In this document: positions 47,815 to 60,440 of the stretch, piece by piece
Numbering within the stretch: position 1 is the first letter of the stretch
Layout: each line of letters begins with the position of its first letter
Origin: Mobula hypostoma
Lineage: Eukaryota
Assembly: GCF_963921235.1 (NCBI RefSeq)
Contig: NC_086108.1
Span: 11,160,001 to 11,224,000, forward strand
Length of the DNA stretch: 64,000 nucleotides
Direction of reading: 5' to 3'
Translations under genes and position numbers: made by a program
The notes under the pieces: model-generated
The model's database searches: none
What the model saw: only the letters and a program-made list of their open reading frames with translations
What the model was told of the DNA's origin: nothing

Positions 47815-48735
47815 GCCTCACTGGCACATTTAAGGATGTGAGCTTAGCCCACTGCTCTTCTCTCTACACCCATGACTGGGTGGCTGGGCACAGCTCAAAT
47901 GCCATCTATAAATTTGCTGATGATACAGCCTTCGTTGGTAGAGTTTCAGATGATGATGGAAGAGCATACAGGAGTGAGATAGATCAGCTCGTTGAGAGGG
48001 GTCGCAGCAACACCCTTGCAATCAACGTCAGTAAGACTAAAGAACTGATTGTGAACTTCAGAAAGGATAAGGTGAGGGACATAGAGGGATCAGAATTAGA
48101 GAGAGTGAGCGGTTTCAGCTTTCTGGGTGTTACAAGAGTTATAAAAAAGTCATGATAGTGGCTCTATTTCATTAGGAGTTTCAGGAGGTTTGTAATGTCA
48201 CCTAAAGCACTCGCAAGTTTCTACAGATGATCTGTGGAGAGCGTTCTAACTGGCTGCATCAACTCTAGTAATGAGGGTGGGGGGGGGGGAACTACTGCAC
48301 AGGATCAAAATGAACTGCAGAAAGTTGTAAACACAGTCAGCTCCATTATGGGCATTAGCCTCGGTAAAATTCAGGATATTTTCATGGAGCGATGCCTCAG
48401 AAAGGCAGCGTCCATCAATAAGGATCCCCATTACCCAGGTCATGCCCTCTTCTCATCGCTACCATCAGGGAGGAGGTAGAGGACCCTGAATGCACACACT
48501 CAACAATTCAGGAACAGCTTCTTCGCCTCCTCCATCAGATTTCTGAATGGGCATTGAACCCATGAACATACCTCAGTACTTTTTTTTACTTTCTCTTTTG
48601 TATTTGTTACTTAATTTAACTATTTAATATATATCTACTTACTGCAATTCACATTATTTCTGTTATTATGCATTGCATTGTACTGTTTCTGCAAAGTAAA
48701 CAAATTTCACAACATATTGAACTTGATTCTGATTC
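47815..48735 (+). mobile_element. Rex1/Babar LINE 3' part
   Basis: IYKFADDTAFVGRVSD; KDPHYPGHALFSSLPSGRR; 'gattctgatt' tail. Confidence 0.85.
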
Positions 48736-48784
48736 AGTCTCGAGCAGCATGCTCTAAAGCACCAGGTTGGGCCGCCCCCACCTT

Positions 48785-49640
48785 TAGATGGACTGCATCC
48801 CAAAGCCCTGAGAGAGGTTGCTGAAGGGAAACGACCGCATTAGTTATGATCTTTCAAGAATCACTTGATTCTTGCATGCTCCTGGATGATTGGAAGATTG
48901 CAAGTGTCACTCTGCTCTTTAAGAAGGGAGGAAGGCAAAAGAAAGGAAATTATAGGCCAGTTGACCTAACCTCAGTGGCTGGGAAAATGTTGGAGTCTAT
49001 CATTAAGGATGAGGTTTCAGGGTACTTGGAGACTAATGATAAAATAAGTCAAAGTCAGCATGTAAAGGGAAAGCTTGCCTGACAAATCTGTCAGAGGAAG
49101 TAACAAGCAGGGTGAATAATGGAGAGGCAGGGGATGTCATTTACTTGGACTTCCAAAAGGCATTTGATAAGTGCCACACATGAGGCTGCTTAACAAGTTA
49201 AAATCCTATGGTGTTACAGGAAAGATACTGGCAGGGGATGGCGGAATGGCTGACAGGCAGGAGGCAGTGAGTGGGAATAACAACGGCCTTTTCTGGTTGG
49301 CTGCCAGTGACTCGTGGTGTTCCTCAGGGTCAGTATTGGGACCACTGCTTTTCACATTGTTTGTCAGTGATTTGGATAATGAAATTGATGACTTTGTAGC
49401 AAAGTTTGAGGATGATACAAAGATAGGTGGAGGGGTAGGTAGTGCTGAGGAAGCAAAACGATTGCAGCAGGACTTAGACATGGAAGAATGGGCAAAAAAT
49501 TGGCAGATGGGATAAAGTGTTGGGAAATGTATGATAATGCGTTTTGGGTAAAGGAAACAATAGTGTAGACTATTATCTAAATGGGGAGAAGGTGCAAACA
49601 TCAGAGGTGCAGAGGGACTTAGAAATCCGGATGCAAGGCT
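48785..49640 (+). mobile_element. CR1 RT fragment
   Basis: DWKIASVTLLFKKG...[31 protein letters not shown]. Confidence 0.9.
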
Positions 49641-49964
49641 CCCAGATGAGTCCTGATGAATGGTCTTGGCCCAAAACATTGACTGCTCATTTCTCTATAG
49701 TTGCTGCCTGACCTACTGAGTTCATTCAACATACACTGTGTTCTGCAGAGTTACCAGACTATATTCAAAGTATTAAATTGGTGATTGTAGCAATTGAAGC
49801 TGTAATTAAGCACTCATTTGTTATTTTTGTGTAGAGAAGTATGAAATATTTTTATTTTATTGTATTTATTTAGAGATAAAGTACTGTAACAGGCCTTCCA
49901 GCCCAATGAGACTTCTGGCCCAGAGTAAGCAAATAGCATTCAGAACAGAAGTGAGTCCATAGGC

Positions 49965-50185
49965 ATGGAGTCTGGAGCAAATGGAGAAGGCCACAGGCTC
50001 AGCCTCAGTTCAGTGTGGAGCCGAGTAAACATTGCGGAGCCCCCAGACACGAGGCCTAGAGCAGGCCACAGCCTCGGCCTCAGATCGGCGCAGAGCAGAG
50101 TAGACATTGTGGAGCCCCCAGACAGGAGGCCTGGAGCAGGCCTCAGCCTCAGCCTCAGTTCAGCGCAGCGCTGAGTAAACTTCAC
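49965..50185. repeat. 75-bp tandem repeat, ~2.7 copies
   Basis: GAGTA(A/G)AC anchors at 50023, 50098 and 50173. Confidence 0.85.
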
Positions 50186-50934
50186 AGAGCAGCAAACAGA
50201 AGCTGCTCAATCCCTGCCTCCTGTCCTGACACCCTGCCTTTTCAATCCATCTGTCCTGTACAAACATTGGGACAGTTGTTGCTCTAAGATCCAGGCCCTG
50301 TCGCATCGATACCTGGGCCTGGACCACCCTGCTCTGTGGAGAACCCAAGGATTCTCTGGTCTACTCACCCCAACTTTGCCTCTTACCTCTATGCCTTGCC
50401 CCTCGACTCAGCCTCGCCTTTGCTCATCTCTTCATTGTCTGTGGTGATCGCTTACCCAAAATTTTACCAGAAAAAGTGTTATTAATGAAGTATTTAGTTG
50501 TATTCTTTGTTTTGTTTGCCGCCACTAAGTAAGTCACTGAGTTTCACCAGCGTCATCTTAAACTGGAAGCTACCTAGGTCTGCTCAGTAACACATTTTCT
50601 TCCTTCACAGCTTCTGCCTGACCCACTGAAGATCTCAGGCACTTTCTGTTGTTGTACCTGGTTCTCTAACATTCCTCAGGAATGAAAGTGTTCCCAGTCT
50701 GGACTAGGATTACAGCCAGTCCCAGAGACTGAGGAGTAACCTTGTCTGCAGTGGCTGCAAGTATCGTTCTCTTGTTCAGTTTGCCTTGGTCTTTTCACCA
50801 ACACATTCCTGTCCTTTATCCAGGCCAGACGCCATTATGTTGCCTTCAAAGTCCAAAGTGCATTCACTGTTAAAGTATGTATACATTACACATCCTTGAG
50901 AGTCATCTCCTTTCAGGCTGCCGCAAAACAAAGA

Positions 50935-51410
50935 AATTTACAAGGATGTTGCTGGGTCTGGAGGACCTGAGTTATAATGAAAGATTGAAATAGGTTAGGA
51001 CTTTATTCCTTGGAACATAGAAGACTGAGAGGAGATTTGATAGAGGTTTACAAAATTATGAGGGATATAGGTAGGATAAATGCAAGCAGGTTTTTTCCAC
51101 TTTGGGTGGGACTACAACCAGAGGTCATTGGTTAAGGGTGAAAGATGAAAAGTTTAAGGGGAACATGAGGGGAAACTTCTTCATTCAGAGGGTGGTGAGA
51201 GTGTGGGACAAGCTGCCAGAGCAAGTGGTGCATGGGAGCTCGATTTCAATGTTTAAGAGAAGTTTGGACGGGTACAAGGATGGAAGGGGTACGGAGGACT
51301 ATGGTTCAGGTGCTGGTCAGTAGGAGTAGGCAGTTTAAATGGTTTGGCATGGACTAGATGGGCCAAAGGGCCTGTTTCTGTGCATTAGTTTTCTAAGACT
51401 CTCTGACTTA
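50935..51410 (+). mobile_element. CR1 LINE 3' fragment
   Basis: KFKGNMRGNFFIQRVVRVWDKLP. Confidence 0.85.
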
Positions 51411-52644
51411 ATGACTGTAAGCTGTCAAAAAGACTGTTAAACACCCAACGTGCAAAGGTGTAAAAAGAATTCATGCAGACCACTGAGGTTAACTAAAGCA
51501 AGTCCACAACTGACACGACTGTTGTTGGAAGAATCTCAGATGGTGACGAGAAGCTGTGCGAGAATGAGATAGATCAGCTCACCGAGTGGTGCCACAACAT
51601 CAACCTGATACTCATCGTCAATACGAACATGGAATTAATTGTGAACTTCGGAAGGGGAAGTCGGAGGAACACATGCAGGTCCTCATCAGTGGTGGAAAGG
51701 ATGAGCTGTGTCAGCTTCCTGGGTGTCAACATCTCTGAAGATCTATCCATCTATCCCGGGCCAAGTGTATTGATGCAGCTACAGAGGAAGCATGCCAGCA
51801 GTGATATTTCATTGGGAGTTTGAGGAGCTTTAGTATGTTATATTTTTGCAATATTTATTTACTTTTCTCATATTTCTTATTGTAACTAATAGTAATAATG
51901 TTATCCATTGTACTGTACTGCTTCTGTGAAACAAGACATTTCACAGCATATGTTGGTGATAATATAAACCCCATTCCGATTTATTCTGTGTATTGAGGGA
52001 TGGATCCTGCCACTGGCGTGTTGTTTCCCCGCAGGACCCGCACTGTAAACAACAACAATGGCCAATACTGGGTGAGATTTTGTTCTGTTAATCCGATGGG
52101 AGTTCAAAGAAAGGGTGGGGGAAACCACAGTATCCCCAGAATGATCCCCACAGCTGTCGTGAGCCCTTTGCGCCTTCCTGCCGAGCCGAAGTGTCGGGCT
52201 CCGATGTTTCTGGAACATCTGTAGATTTAGTTGTTGTCATTAAGCCCTTGTGCTTCCTGTTCAATCCTGTCAACTTTATTTTGACTGGCACTGGGTTCTT
52301 CACCGGGTGTGATTATGTAAAGCAGGCTTCCGATCAGCGCTTACCGCAGGGTCTTTGTTGTGAGAACGATTTGTCTCACTGTGTCGCTCGGTGGAGCCAG
52401 CGGTATTCTGTTGGAATTCCTCTGTATAACCTCTCGTTTCCATCTCGACATGGGAGTCTGTCGTTCCTCTGGGCGTTGTTGCCAGCGCTCACTGTCACAC
52501 GAGGCTGTGCATGCTCCTGCCTGTGTCTGGGCGAGAGACAGTTGCTTTTCAGATTTCAGCCACTGGAGGGAGACAGTCACTAACGTTTCCACAGCCACTG
52601 CAGCAGACTGCGGGCAGAAACACGACTCACAGCACACAAACCTC

Positions 52645-52915
52645 CCAAACACAAAGAGATCCTGCAGATGCTGGAAATCCAGAGCAACATACACACGCAC
52701 ACACACACACAAATGCTTCGGGAACTCAGCAGGTCAGGCAGCATCAATGGAAATGAATAAACAGTCAGAGTTTCGGGCTGAAATCCTCCATCAGGACATT
52801 TACACTCTTAGTGAATTCCCAGTGAAGATTCTTGGCCCAAAATGCTGACAGTTTATTCCCCCCAGAGACGCTGTCCGACCCGCTGAGTTCCTCCAGAATT
52901 TTGTGTGTGTTGCAC
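52645..52915. mobile_element. Inverted pair of Penelope pLTR fragments
   Basis: Minus copy (52645-52798) followed by a plus copy (52820-52915), each with a degenerate hammerhead core. Confidence 0.7.
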
Positions 52916-54461
52916 ATGTCTGGCAGCGCGTTCACTGGGCAGAGGGAAATGCGGAACAGGAGTAGCCTTCACTTCACTGAGTTAGTAAATCTGTGACTGC
53001 AGGGTCAGAAATGCAAGTTTCCAGTGAGATCCAGCCCTCTCGTGGGAATGTTGTACTTCAATTGTCCTTGGGACCAGTGTAACACCAGCTCCAATCACTC
53101 ATTATAAATGTGGTTGGTAGCCCATTGTTTCCGGCAATGACAGGAAACCATGTGGGGAATTTGCACTGGGGCAGTTCCACTTTCTTGACCTCAGAAGTCC
53201 GGGTCTAGTGTTGCAAGCAGTCATCACTACTGGGGTCTTCCTTGGTTGCAGTGGATGACCATGACGTCATCTGCATCTTGTCATCCCCTCTGCTCTCCAC
53301 GGAGCATTGCAGATCTGGCTTCATGGCCACTGGATCTCACTGTAGATCTCATCTGCCCTGTCCGCCAGAGCTGACGTTGCATGATGGGACAGGAATGTCC
53401 CTATCTCACCAGGGTATGAGGCCCACAGCTGTCCTCACCTGGTTTAGCCCACCTGTCGAAGCGGTGTACTGGGGTGTGGCCACTGTCACATGCAAACAGC
53501 TACTTGGAGCCGCAGGTGAGGGCTGAGTGTCTGGTGGGGACCAAAGGTGACATTCACATCATAGAGTCAAAGCAGAGAAACAGGTTTTTCAGCACATCAA
53601 GTCTGGGCCAACCAACAGACACCCATTTACACAATTCCTGCACATTTTCCATATATTCCCATCAGATCCTCAGGGCCCCAGACAGCCCTTCTGGGCGATG
53701 CAAAACTTCACCTGTGAGTCTGTTACGGGTCATCCAGTGCTCTTGACGCGGCTACGTCGGCGAGACCTGGAGACCTTGCACAGATTGGAGGACTGCTACT
53801 TCAAGCATCTTTGCTCTCTCCACCGTAAAAGACAGCATTCCTGATAGCTACAGATTTCAATTGACTTCCCATTCCCATTCCTTGCAGGGCTTAGTGCTGA
53901 GAGGTAAATAAGTGGTAAATATCAAAGTCCAAAAGTTCAAAGGTCAAATTAAATTTATTATCAAGGTAGATGTATGTATATATATAATCCTGAGATTCTG
54001 CAGGCATATTCAATAAATCTATAATGGAATAATAGCCATAATGAAATCAATGAAAGACAGCATCAACTTTGCAGTTCATCCCGTGTACAAAAGATAATAA
54101 ACTGAGCAGATACAAGAAGAAAGAAATAATAATCATAAATAAATAAGCAATAAATGTTGAGAATATAAGATTAAAAGTCCTTGAAAGTGAGTCCATAGGT
54201 TGTGGGAACATTTCAATGATGGGGCGAGTTGAAGTTAGCCCCTTTGGTTTAAGAGCCTGATTGTTGAGGGGTGATACCTGTTCCTGAACCTGGGGACGCA
54301 AGTCCTAAGGCCTCTGTCCTTTCTTCTTGATGGCAGCAGTGAGAATAGAACATGTGATGTGTGAGCTGTCCCGTACACTCCATTTATTAAAAAAGCTCAC
54401 CTACATAAGTCACTCCACCCCTGAATGTTTGAGAGACTGTGTGAGCAAGGCTCCTAGTTGA

Positions 54462-54822
54462 ACAGCCTGGATCTGCCCATGGATTGGTTGGCTCCCTGTT
54501 CAACAGCCTGAATCTGTCCATGGATTGGTTGGCTCCCTGTTCAACAGCCTGAACCTGTCTGTGGATTGGTTGGCTCCTTGTTCAACAGCCTGAATCTGTC
54601 CATGGATTGGTTGGCTCCCTGTTCAACAGCCTGAATCTGTCTGTGGATTGGTTGGCTCCCTGTTCAACAGCCTGAACCTGTCTGTGGATTGGTTGGCTCC
54701 CTGTTGAGCAGCTTGGATCTGTTGGTGGATTGGTTGGCTCCCTGTTGAGCAGCTTGGATCTGTTGGTGGATTGGTTGGCTCTCTATTGAACAGCCTGGAT
54801 CTGTTGGTGGATTGGTTGGTTG
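54462..54822. repeat. 41-bp minisatellite, ~9 copies (GGATTGGTTGGCTCCCTGTTCAACAGCCTGAATCTGTCCAT)
   Basis: GGATTGGTTGG recurs every 41 bp from 54481. Confidence 0.95.
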
Positions 54823-54872
54823 ATTAAGCATGAAGGTAACATGATGGCCCCCGCCTACCAGTTTGTCCTCCT

Positions 54873-55460
54873 TATCGAGGGATAGAGTTTAAGAGTTGCA
54901 GGGTAATGATGCAGCTCTATAAAACTCTGGTTAGGCCACACTTGGAGTACTGTGTTCAGTTCTGGTCGCCTCACTATAGGAAGGATATGGAAGCATTGGA
55001 AAGGGTACAGAGGAGATTTACCAGGATGCTTCCTGGTTTAGAGAGTATGGATTATGATCAGAGATTAAGGGAGCTAGGGCTTTACTATTTGGAGAGAAGG
55101 AGGGTGAGAGGAGACATGATAGGGGTGTACAAGATAATAAGAGGAATAGTTAGAGTGGATAGCCAGTGCCTCTTCCTCAGGGCACCACTGCTCAAGGCAA
55201 GAGGACATGGCTTTAAGGTAAGGGGTGGGAAGTTCAAGGGGGATATTAGAGGAAGGTTTCTTACTCAGAGAGTGGTTGGTGCGTGGAATGCACTGCCTGA
55301 GTCAGTGGTGGAGGCAGATACACTAGTGAAGTTTAAGAGACTACTAGACAGGTATATGGAGGAATCTAAGGTGGGGGTTATATGGGAGGCAGGGTTTAAG
55401 GGTCAGCAATACATTGTGGGCTGAAGGGCCTGTACTGTACTGCACTGTTCTATGTTTTTA
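54873..55460 (+). mobile_element. CR1 3' end, same subfamily as 43879-45686
   Basis: ORF 54906-55424 is nearly identical to the protein encoded at 45120-45615. Confidence 0.93.
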
Positions 55461-56139
55461 TTCTGGCTTTCTCCCCCTTCCTTTCCAGTCCTGATCAAGC
55501 GTCTCAGCCCCAAAATGTCAACTCTTTATTTCTCTCCATGGATGCTGCCTGTCTGGGTCCAAGCCAAGTCACTTCCTCCTGTCTGAAGCCTCGCTGTACT
55601 GGTAAAGCAAAAAAGATTGTTGATCAGGAATATAAATTATCTTGATCACAAGTTGGATTAGTAATGATGCAATTAGACGAGCTTGCATTGAATAATGAAG
55701 CACTTCGTCAAATTTATTAGCCACTTAATGTCTGCAGATTCCTTCAAGCAATCAGCTTTGATTTAACTGAGTGTGGTGTGCAGCTATGACTACATCAGAG
55801 TTCAAATACTTTCGCAAAGGTTATGTAAGGTTAACATGAAAGATGGTTTGATTGCAGCTTGTTGCCTGCCTTTGAGGCCAGTGGTGCTACAAGGCAATCT
55901 GATCTGATAGAGGTTCACAAGATTATGAGACAGCAGTATCTTGTTCCCAGGGTTGAAATAATTAATACCAGAAGGCATGCATTTAAAGCGAGGGAGGTAA
56001 TTTCAAAAGAGATGTGAGGGGTAAATTTTTTATGCAGGTGCCTGGGGTGGAGGTAGAGACAGATACATTAGAGATTTTTAAGAGACGTTTAGGTAGGCAT
56101 ATGGACGTGAGGAAAATGGAGGGATATGGACAATGTTTC

Positions 56140-56470
56140 GGCGGGAGACCTCCAGGAGGACCACAACCTTGTCGCTGGGATTGGAGGCTTGCGTGCTTCA
56201 ATGACCCGGAAAGAGAAGTCTGCTGGAGTCAGGGGCTTGTGCTTTGACTCTTGTAGGTCACCCATGCCAAACAGATCAAAGGGGAAAGGCCTTTGAGGGG
56301 TCCACTGGTCCTCCAGGTCAGAGGGTTCAGCTCAGGGTTAACAACGTTGACTGGTCAAACACAATTGTCGCAGAAGGAGCAATAAGGAATCCGTCCATAT
56401 CTGAGTGCAATGGTATGGACAGACAGAGATGGAGCACGTTTATTACTGCCCTAAGTGCCAGGAAGTAAGT
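56140..56470 (+). mobile_element. RTE-related non-autonomous element nested in a CR1 3' end; antisense sister fragment at ~59450-59695
   Basis: Shared 'ctggagtcagg...gtcacccatgc.aaacag.tcaaag' block; 3' DRQRWSTFITAL and (AAGT)n tail. Confidence 0.6.
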
Positions 56471-57834
56471 AGGCAGAAGAGATTAGTTTGGCTGATCATT
56501 TGATGACTGATTTAACTGGTTCGGCACAACACTGCAGGCTGAAGAGCCTGTTCCTGTGTCTAAGGTTTAGCAGGTGCCTAATGGCACTCGGCTGAATTTC
56601 ACAGGGTTACATACAGCAGGCCTGAGACCAGCCCAGATGTTGGGAAATGAATGAACGGCTGTCGCACAGCTGGGGAGAGGACGTACTGGTGCTGCAGTGC
56701 ATGAACACCGAGGCTCCACTCATAAATCAAAGTGTTGAGATGGGATGTTATGTTGAAGTTGTATAAGACTTTGCTGAAGCCTAATTCAGAGTATTGTGTG
56801 TGCAGTTTTGGGCACCTGCCTACAGGAAAGATGTAAATAAGGTTGAAAGACTACAGAGAAAAATTACAAGGATGTTGCCGGCTCCGGAGGACCTGAGTTA
56901 CAGAGAAAGATTGAATAGGTGAGGACTTCATTCTTTGGAATGTAGGAATGAAAGGGGAAATGAGTCCATTTCAAACTCTTTGATCTGCACCAGAACCATA
57001 GCCCTCCATACCCCTACCATCCACATACTTGTCCAGACTACTCTTTAACGCTGAAATCAGGCACCGCTTGCACTGGCAGCTCACTCCACACATACAACCC
57101 TCTGAGTGAAGATCTTTCCCCTCATGTTCACCTTAAACCTTTCACATTTCACCCTTAACCCACCACCTCTAGGTCTAGTTTCACCCAGACTCAGTGGAAA
57201 AAGCCTGTTTGCATTTACCCCTCATAATTTTGTATACCTCTATCAAATCTCCTCCCATTCTTCTACGCTCCAGGGAATAAAGTCCTAACCTATTTAACCT
57301 TTCCTTATAACTCAGGTGCTCCAGACCTGGCAACATCGTTGTACTAATTAACATAAATTAACATAACTAATGTTAATTGAAGTTTTTGTTAACTGGTGCT
57401 TGTCTTGCGTGGTGCTCCTGTTGTATGAGGCTCATTTTCATGGGATTTATACTCGGATTGGGTATGACACTGACAAACTTGAATTATATATCTGCTATTT
57501 ATGGGCGAATTGTTAGTTTACACATCCTTAGTCAAACAATTCATTGTTCATAAATCCATCTGGTCAAAACAAGACTCTGGAAAATGCTGAATAAAACTGT
57601 CTGTTTCCTACAGGGGCAGACACCAGAAGCCCAGTGTTATCCATGCAGAGGACCAGGCAGGAATTCCATTTTGACTAGAATCACAATCAGAACCAGGTTT
57701 AATATCACCAACATATGTCATGAAATTTGTTGTCTTTGTGGCAGTGGTACAATGCAATACAATGACACTATTACTGCAAGTATATAATGGCAGAGGGAAA
57801 GAAGCTGTTGCTGAATCAGAAGGAAGCACCCTGC

Positions 57835-58138
57835 AGACCCACGACCACTACCTTCTAGAAGGACAGAACAGCAGATACCTGGGAACACCACCACTTGGAA
57901 ATCCCCCACCAACTCACTCACCATCCTGACATGGAAACATATTGCCGTTCCGTCATTGTCGCTGGGTCAAGATCATGGAATTCCCTCCCTAACAGCACTG
58001 TGGGTGTACTGACACCTCAGGGACTGCAGCAGTTCAAGAAGGCAGCTCATCACCACCTTCTCAAGGGCAACTAGGGATGGGCAATAAATGCTGGCTGAGC
58101 TGGTGATGCCCACATCCTGTAAATGAATAAATAAAAAA
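57835..58138 (+). mobile_element. CR1/L2-group LINE 3' end (distinct family)
   Basis: WNSLPNSTV...GLQQFKKAAHHHLLKGN* then 'agggatgggcaataaatgctgg' and an A-rich tail. Confidence 0.7.
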
Positions 58139-59029
58139 TTGAGTGTGTGCCCTCAGGCCTCTGCACCTCCTTCCTGATGGTTACAATGAGAACAGTCGTG
58201 ACCTGGATGATGGGGGGGTGGGGGGGTGGGGGGGGGTGTCCTTAAAGATGGATGTCGCCTTTTTGAGGCATCGCTCCTTGAAGATGTCCTATACTCGCAG
58301 GTTAAAAGGTCTATTTCATTCAAGGGCAGACGCCTGATGCCGCGTGTTATCCGTGCAGAGGACCAGACAGGTATTATTTCATTTTTGTCACCGCTCAAAC
58401 TGCAGAAATTGTCGTGGGGCCAGTTGATCACAGAGACGCTGCAACCGTGGAGGTTCGAGCACTAGCTGTACCACAAATCACAAAGAGAATTATTGCAGAA
58501 GTATCGATTAATCCTGAGCAATAGAGATGGAACATATGGTTGTGACCCATCCCTCTCCTCTGAGCTGCTCTGTGTGTTGTCCAGCAGAGCCCTTGGGAGA
58601 TGGAGGAATTGATTCCAAAGATTCCTTGCCTGCTTATGTGTGCTGACTGCAAACCTCAGCTACATTGGCCTTCGTCAGTCAGGCACCACCTGGATGAAAA
58701 ATACTAATCGATTCAACTGTGACAGGGGAAAAATATACTGCCCATCACCAAATAACCCTGCGCTGCGAGGTCACTGATCTTGTTGCGAGGTCAGTTTAAA
58801 TCCAGCCACATTACTTTCATATACAACTTCTGAGATAATGTGTGGAGTGCCCTGCCGGGGGGGTGGTAGAGGCAGCTAGGTATAGGACATTTAAGAAACT
58901 CCTGGATAGGCATGAGGGTGATGGAAAAAGTGAAGGTTATGGGAGAGGGAAGCATTAGATTGATTTTACTCACTGCTCATTACATTTCTGCTTGTCCACA
59001 GAAAGATTCTTCATTCCTGGCAATCCATT

Positions 59030-59450
59030 TACAGACATTTAATCGCCATGTGAGGAGACATCGTCAGTGTGTTGTTAATTGTAGTGTGTCCTCCGTGTGC
59101 TTGGCCTTTGTATACGTATCCATCAGCTGATTGGGCGTCATTACGGAAACTCAGTTGTGATGCGGGGAGGAAATCCCGTTGCCGATTGGTTGTATGGCAA
59201 ACTTCAAGTCTTGTGGTTTGGAAGTTTGCCCGCATTGCCTCATAAGTAAGATTGAGGTGTAAGTGTCTGTTTACAAAATTGTCTGAGGAAAATCTGGCGT
59301 CTGGGAATTCTCTTGCATACCGTCTGTTTGCTTGTGCCATGACTTTCACTGATGCCCATCGAATTTGTGCCCCTCTCACTCTTCATGGGTAGAGACCAGG
59401 GAGAGTTGGTCATGTCACTTTACAGCCAGTTGATTCTCCATTGTTGCTTC
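59030..59450 (-). mobile_element. Penelope-like fragment, family B
   Basis: QANRRYAREF..ARFS...NRHL.L...YE C-terminal motif, followed by a degenerate hammerhead (CTGACGATGTCTCC...). Confidence 0.65.
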
Positions 59451-60135
59451 TGTGACAGTCCTGTTTGATCAGCCTGGCTTGTTAGCCCTGAGCTTAAACT
59501 CCACCCTCCTCCCACCCCCACGATCTTGGAGGAGAAGTGGGCCACTCTTAGTCCTTTACTCTTTGACCTGTTTAGCATGGGTGACCCTACCGAGAGTTAA
59601 AGCGTAAAGACCCTGACTCCAGCCAGCATAGCTCTCTGGGTCACTGAGGCACGTGACCCTCCAAACCCATCATCAAAGTTATGGTCTTCTTGGAGGAGAT
59701 TGATCTCAGAGGAGCTTGTAAGGTCAGCATAACATTATGGGCCGAGGGGCCTGTATTCTACGCCCTGTTCACCCCTTAGCCTCCTCCACTCCAGGGGAAA
59801 CAAACTCTCCATTTTCTACATAAAACTGAAATGTCCATCCAGACAACATCCAGGTTTATTTTTTTACAGAGAGTAGTGAGGGTGTGGAACTGGTGGAGGC
59901 AAAATTCAAAGTTCAAAGTAAATTTTATTAACAAAGTACACATGTCACTATATGAAACCTGAGATTCACTTACTTGTGGGCATACTCAATAAATCTGTAG
60001 AATGATAACCACAACAGAATCAATGGAAGACCAATGAACTAGAACATTCAATCAGATTGCAGAAGACAACAAATTGTGTAAACGCTAAAAGAAGAAACAA
60101 TAATAATAAATAAATAAATAAATAAATAGATAAAC

Positions 60136-60440
60136 AGGCATCCGTCAGTCTCATGAGACCATGGATTTGCACCTTGGAAGGTTTCCAGGGCGCAGGTCTG
60201 GGCAAGGTTGTATGGAAGACCAGCAGTTGCCCATGCTGCAAGTCTCCCCTCTCCACGACACTGATGTTGTCCAAGGGAAGGACACTAGGGCCGATACAGC
60301 TTGGCACCGGTGTTGTCTCAGAACAATGTGTGGTTAAGTGCCTTGCTCAAGGACACAACACGCTGCCTCAGCCAAGGCTCGAACTAGCGACCTTCAGATC
60401 ACTAGACTAACGCCTTAACCACTTCGTCATGCGCCAACAC
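60136..60440 (-). mobile_element. tRNA-derived SINE (copy 2), nested in a Rex1 3'UTR
   Basis: Near identical to 29780-30086. Confidence 0.85.

Noticed and set aside
52345..52445. Minus-strand METRGY... peptide resembling the mineralocorticoid receptor N-terminus (METKGY)
   Set aside because: Similarity is limited to six residues; the following sequence and exon size do not fit.
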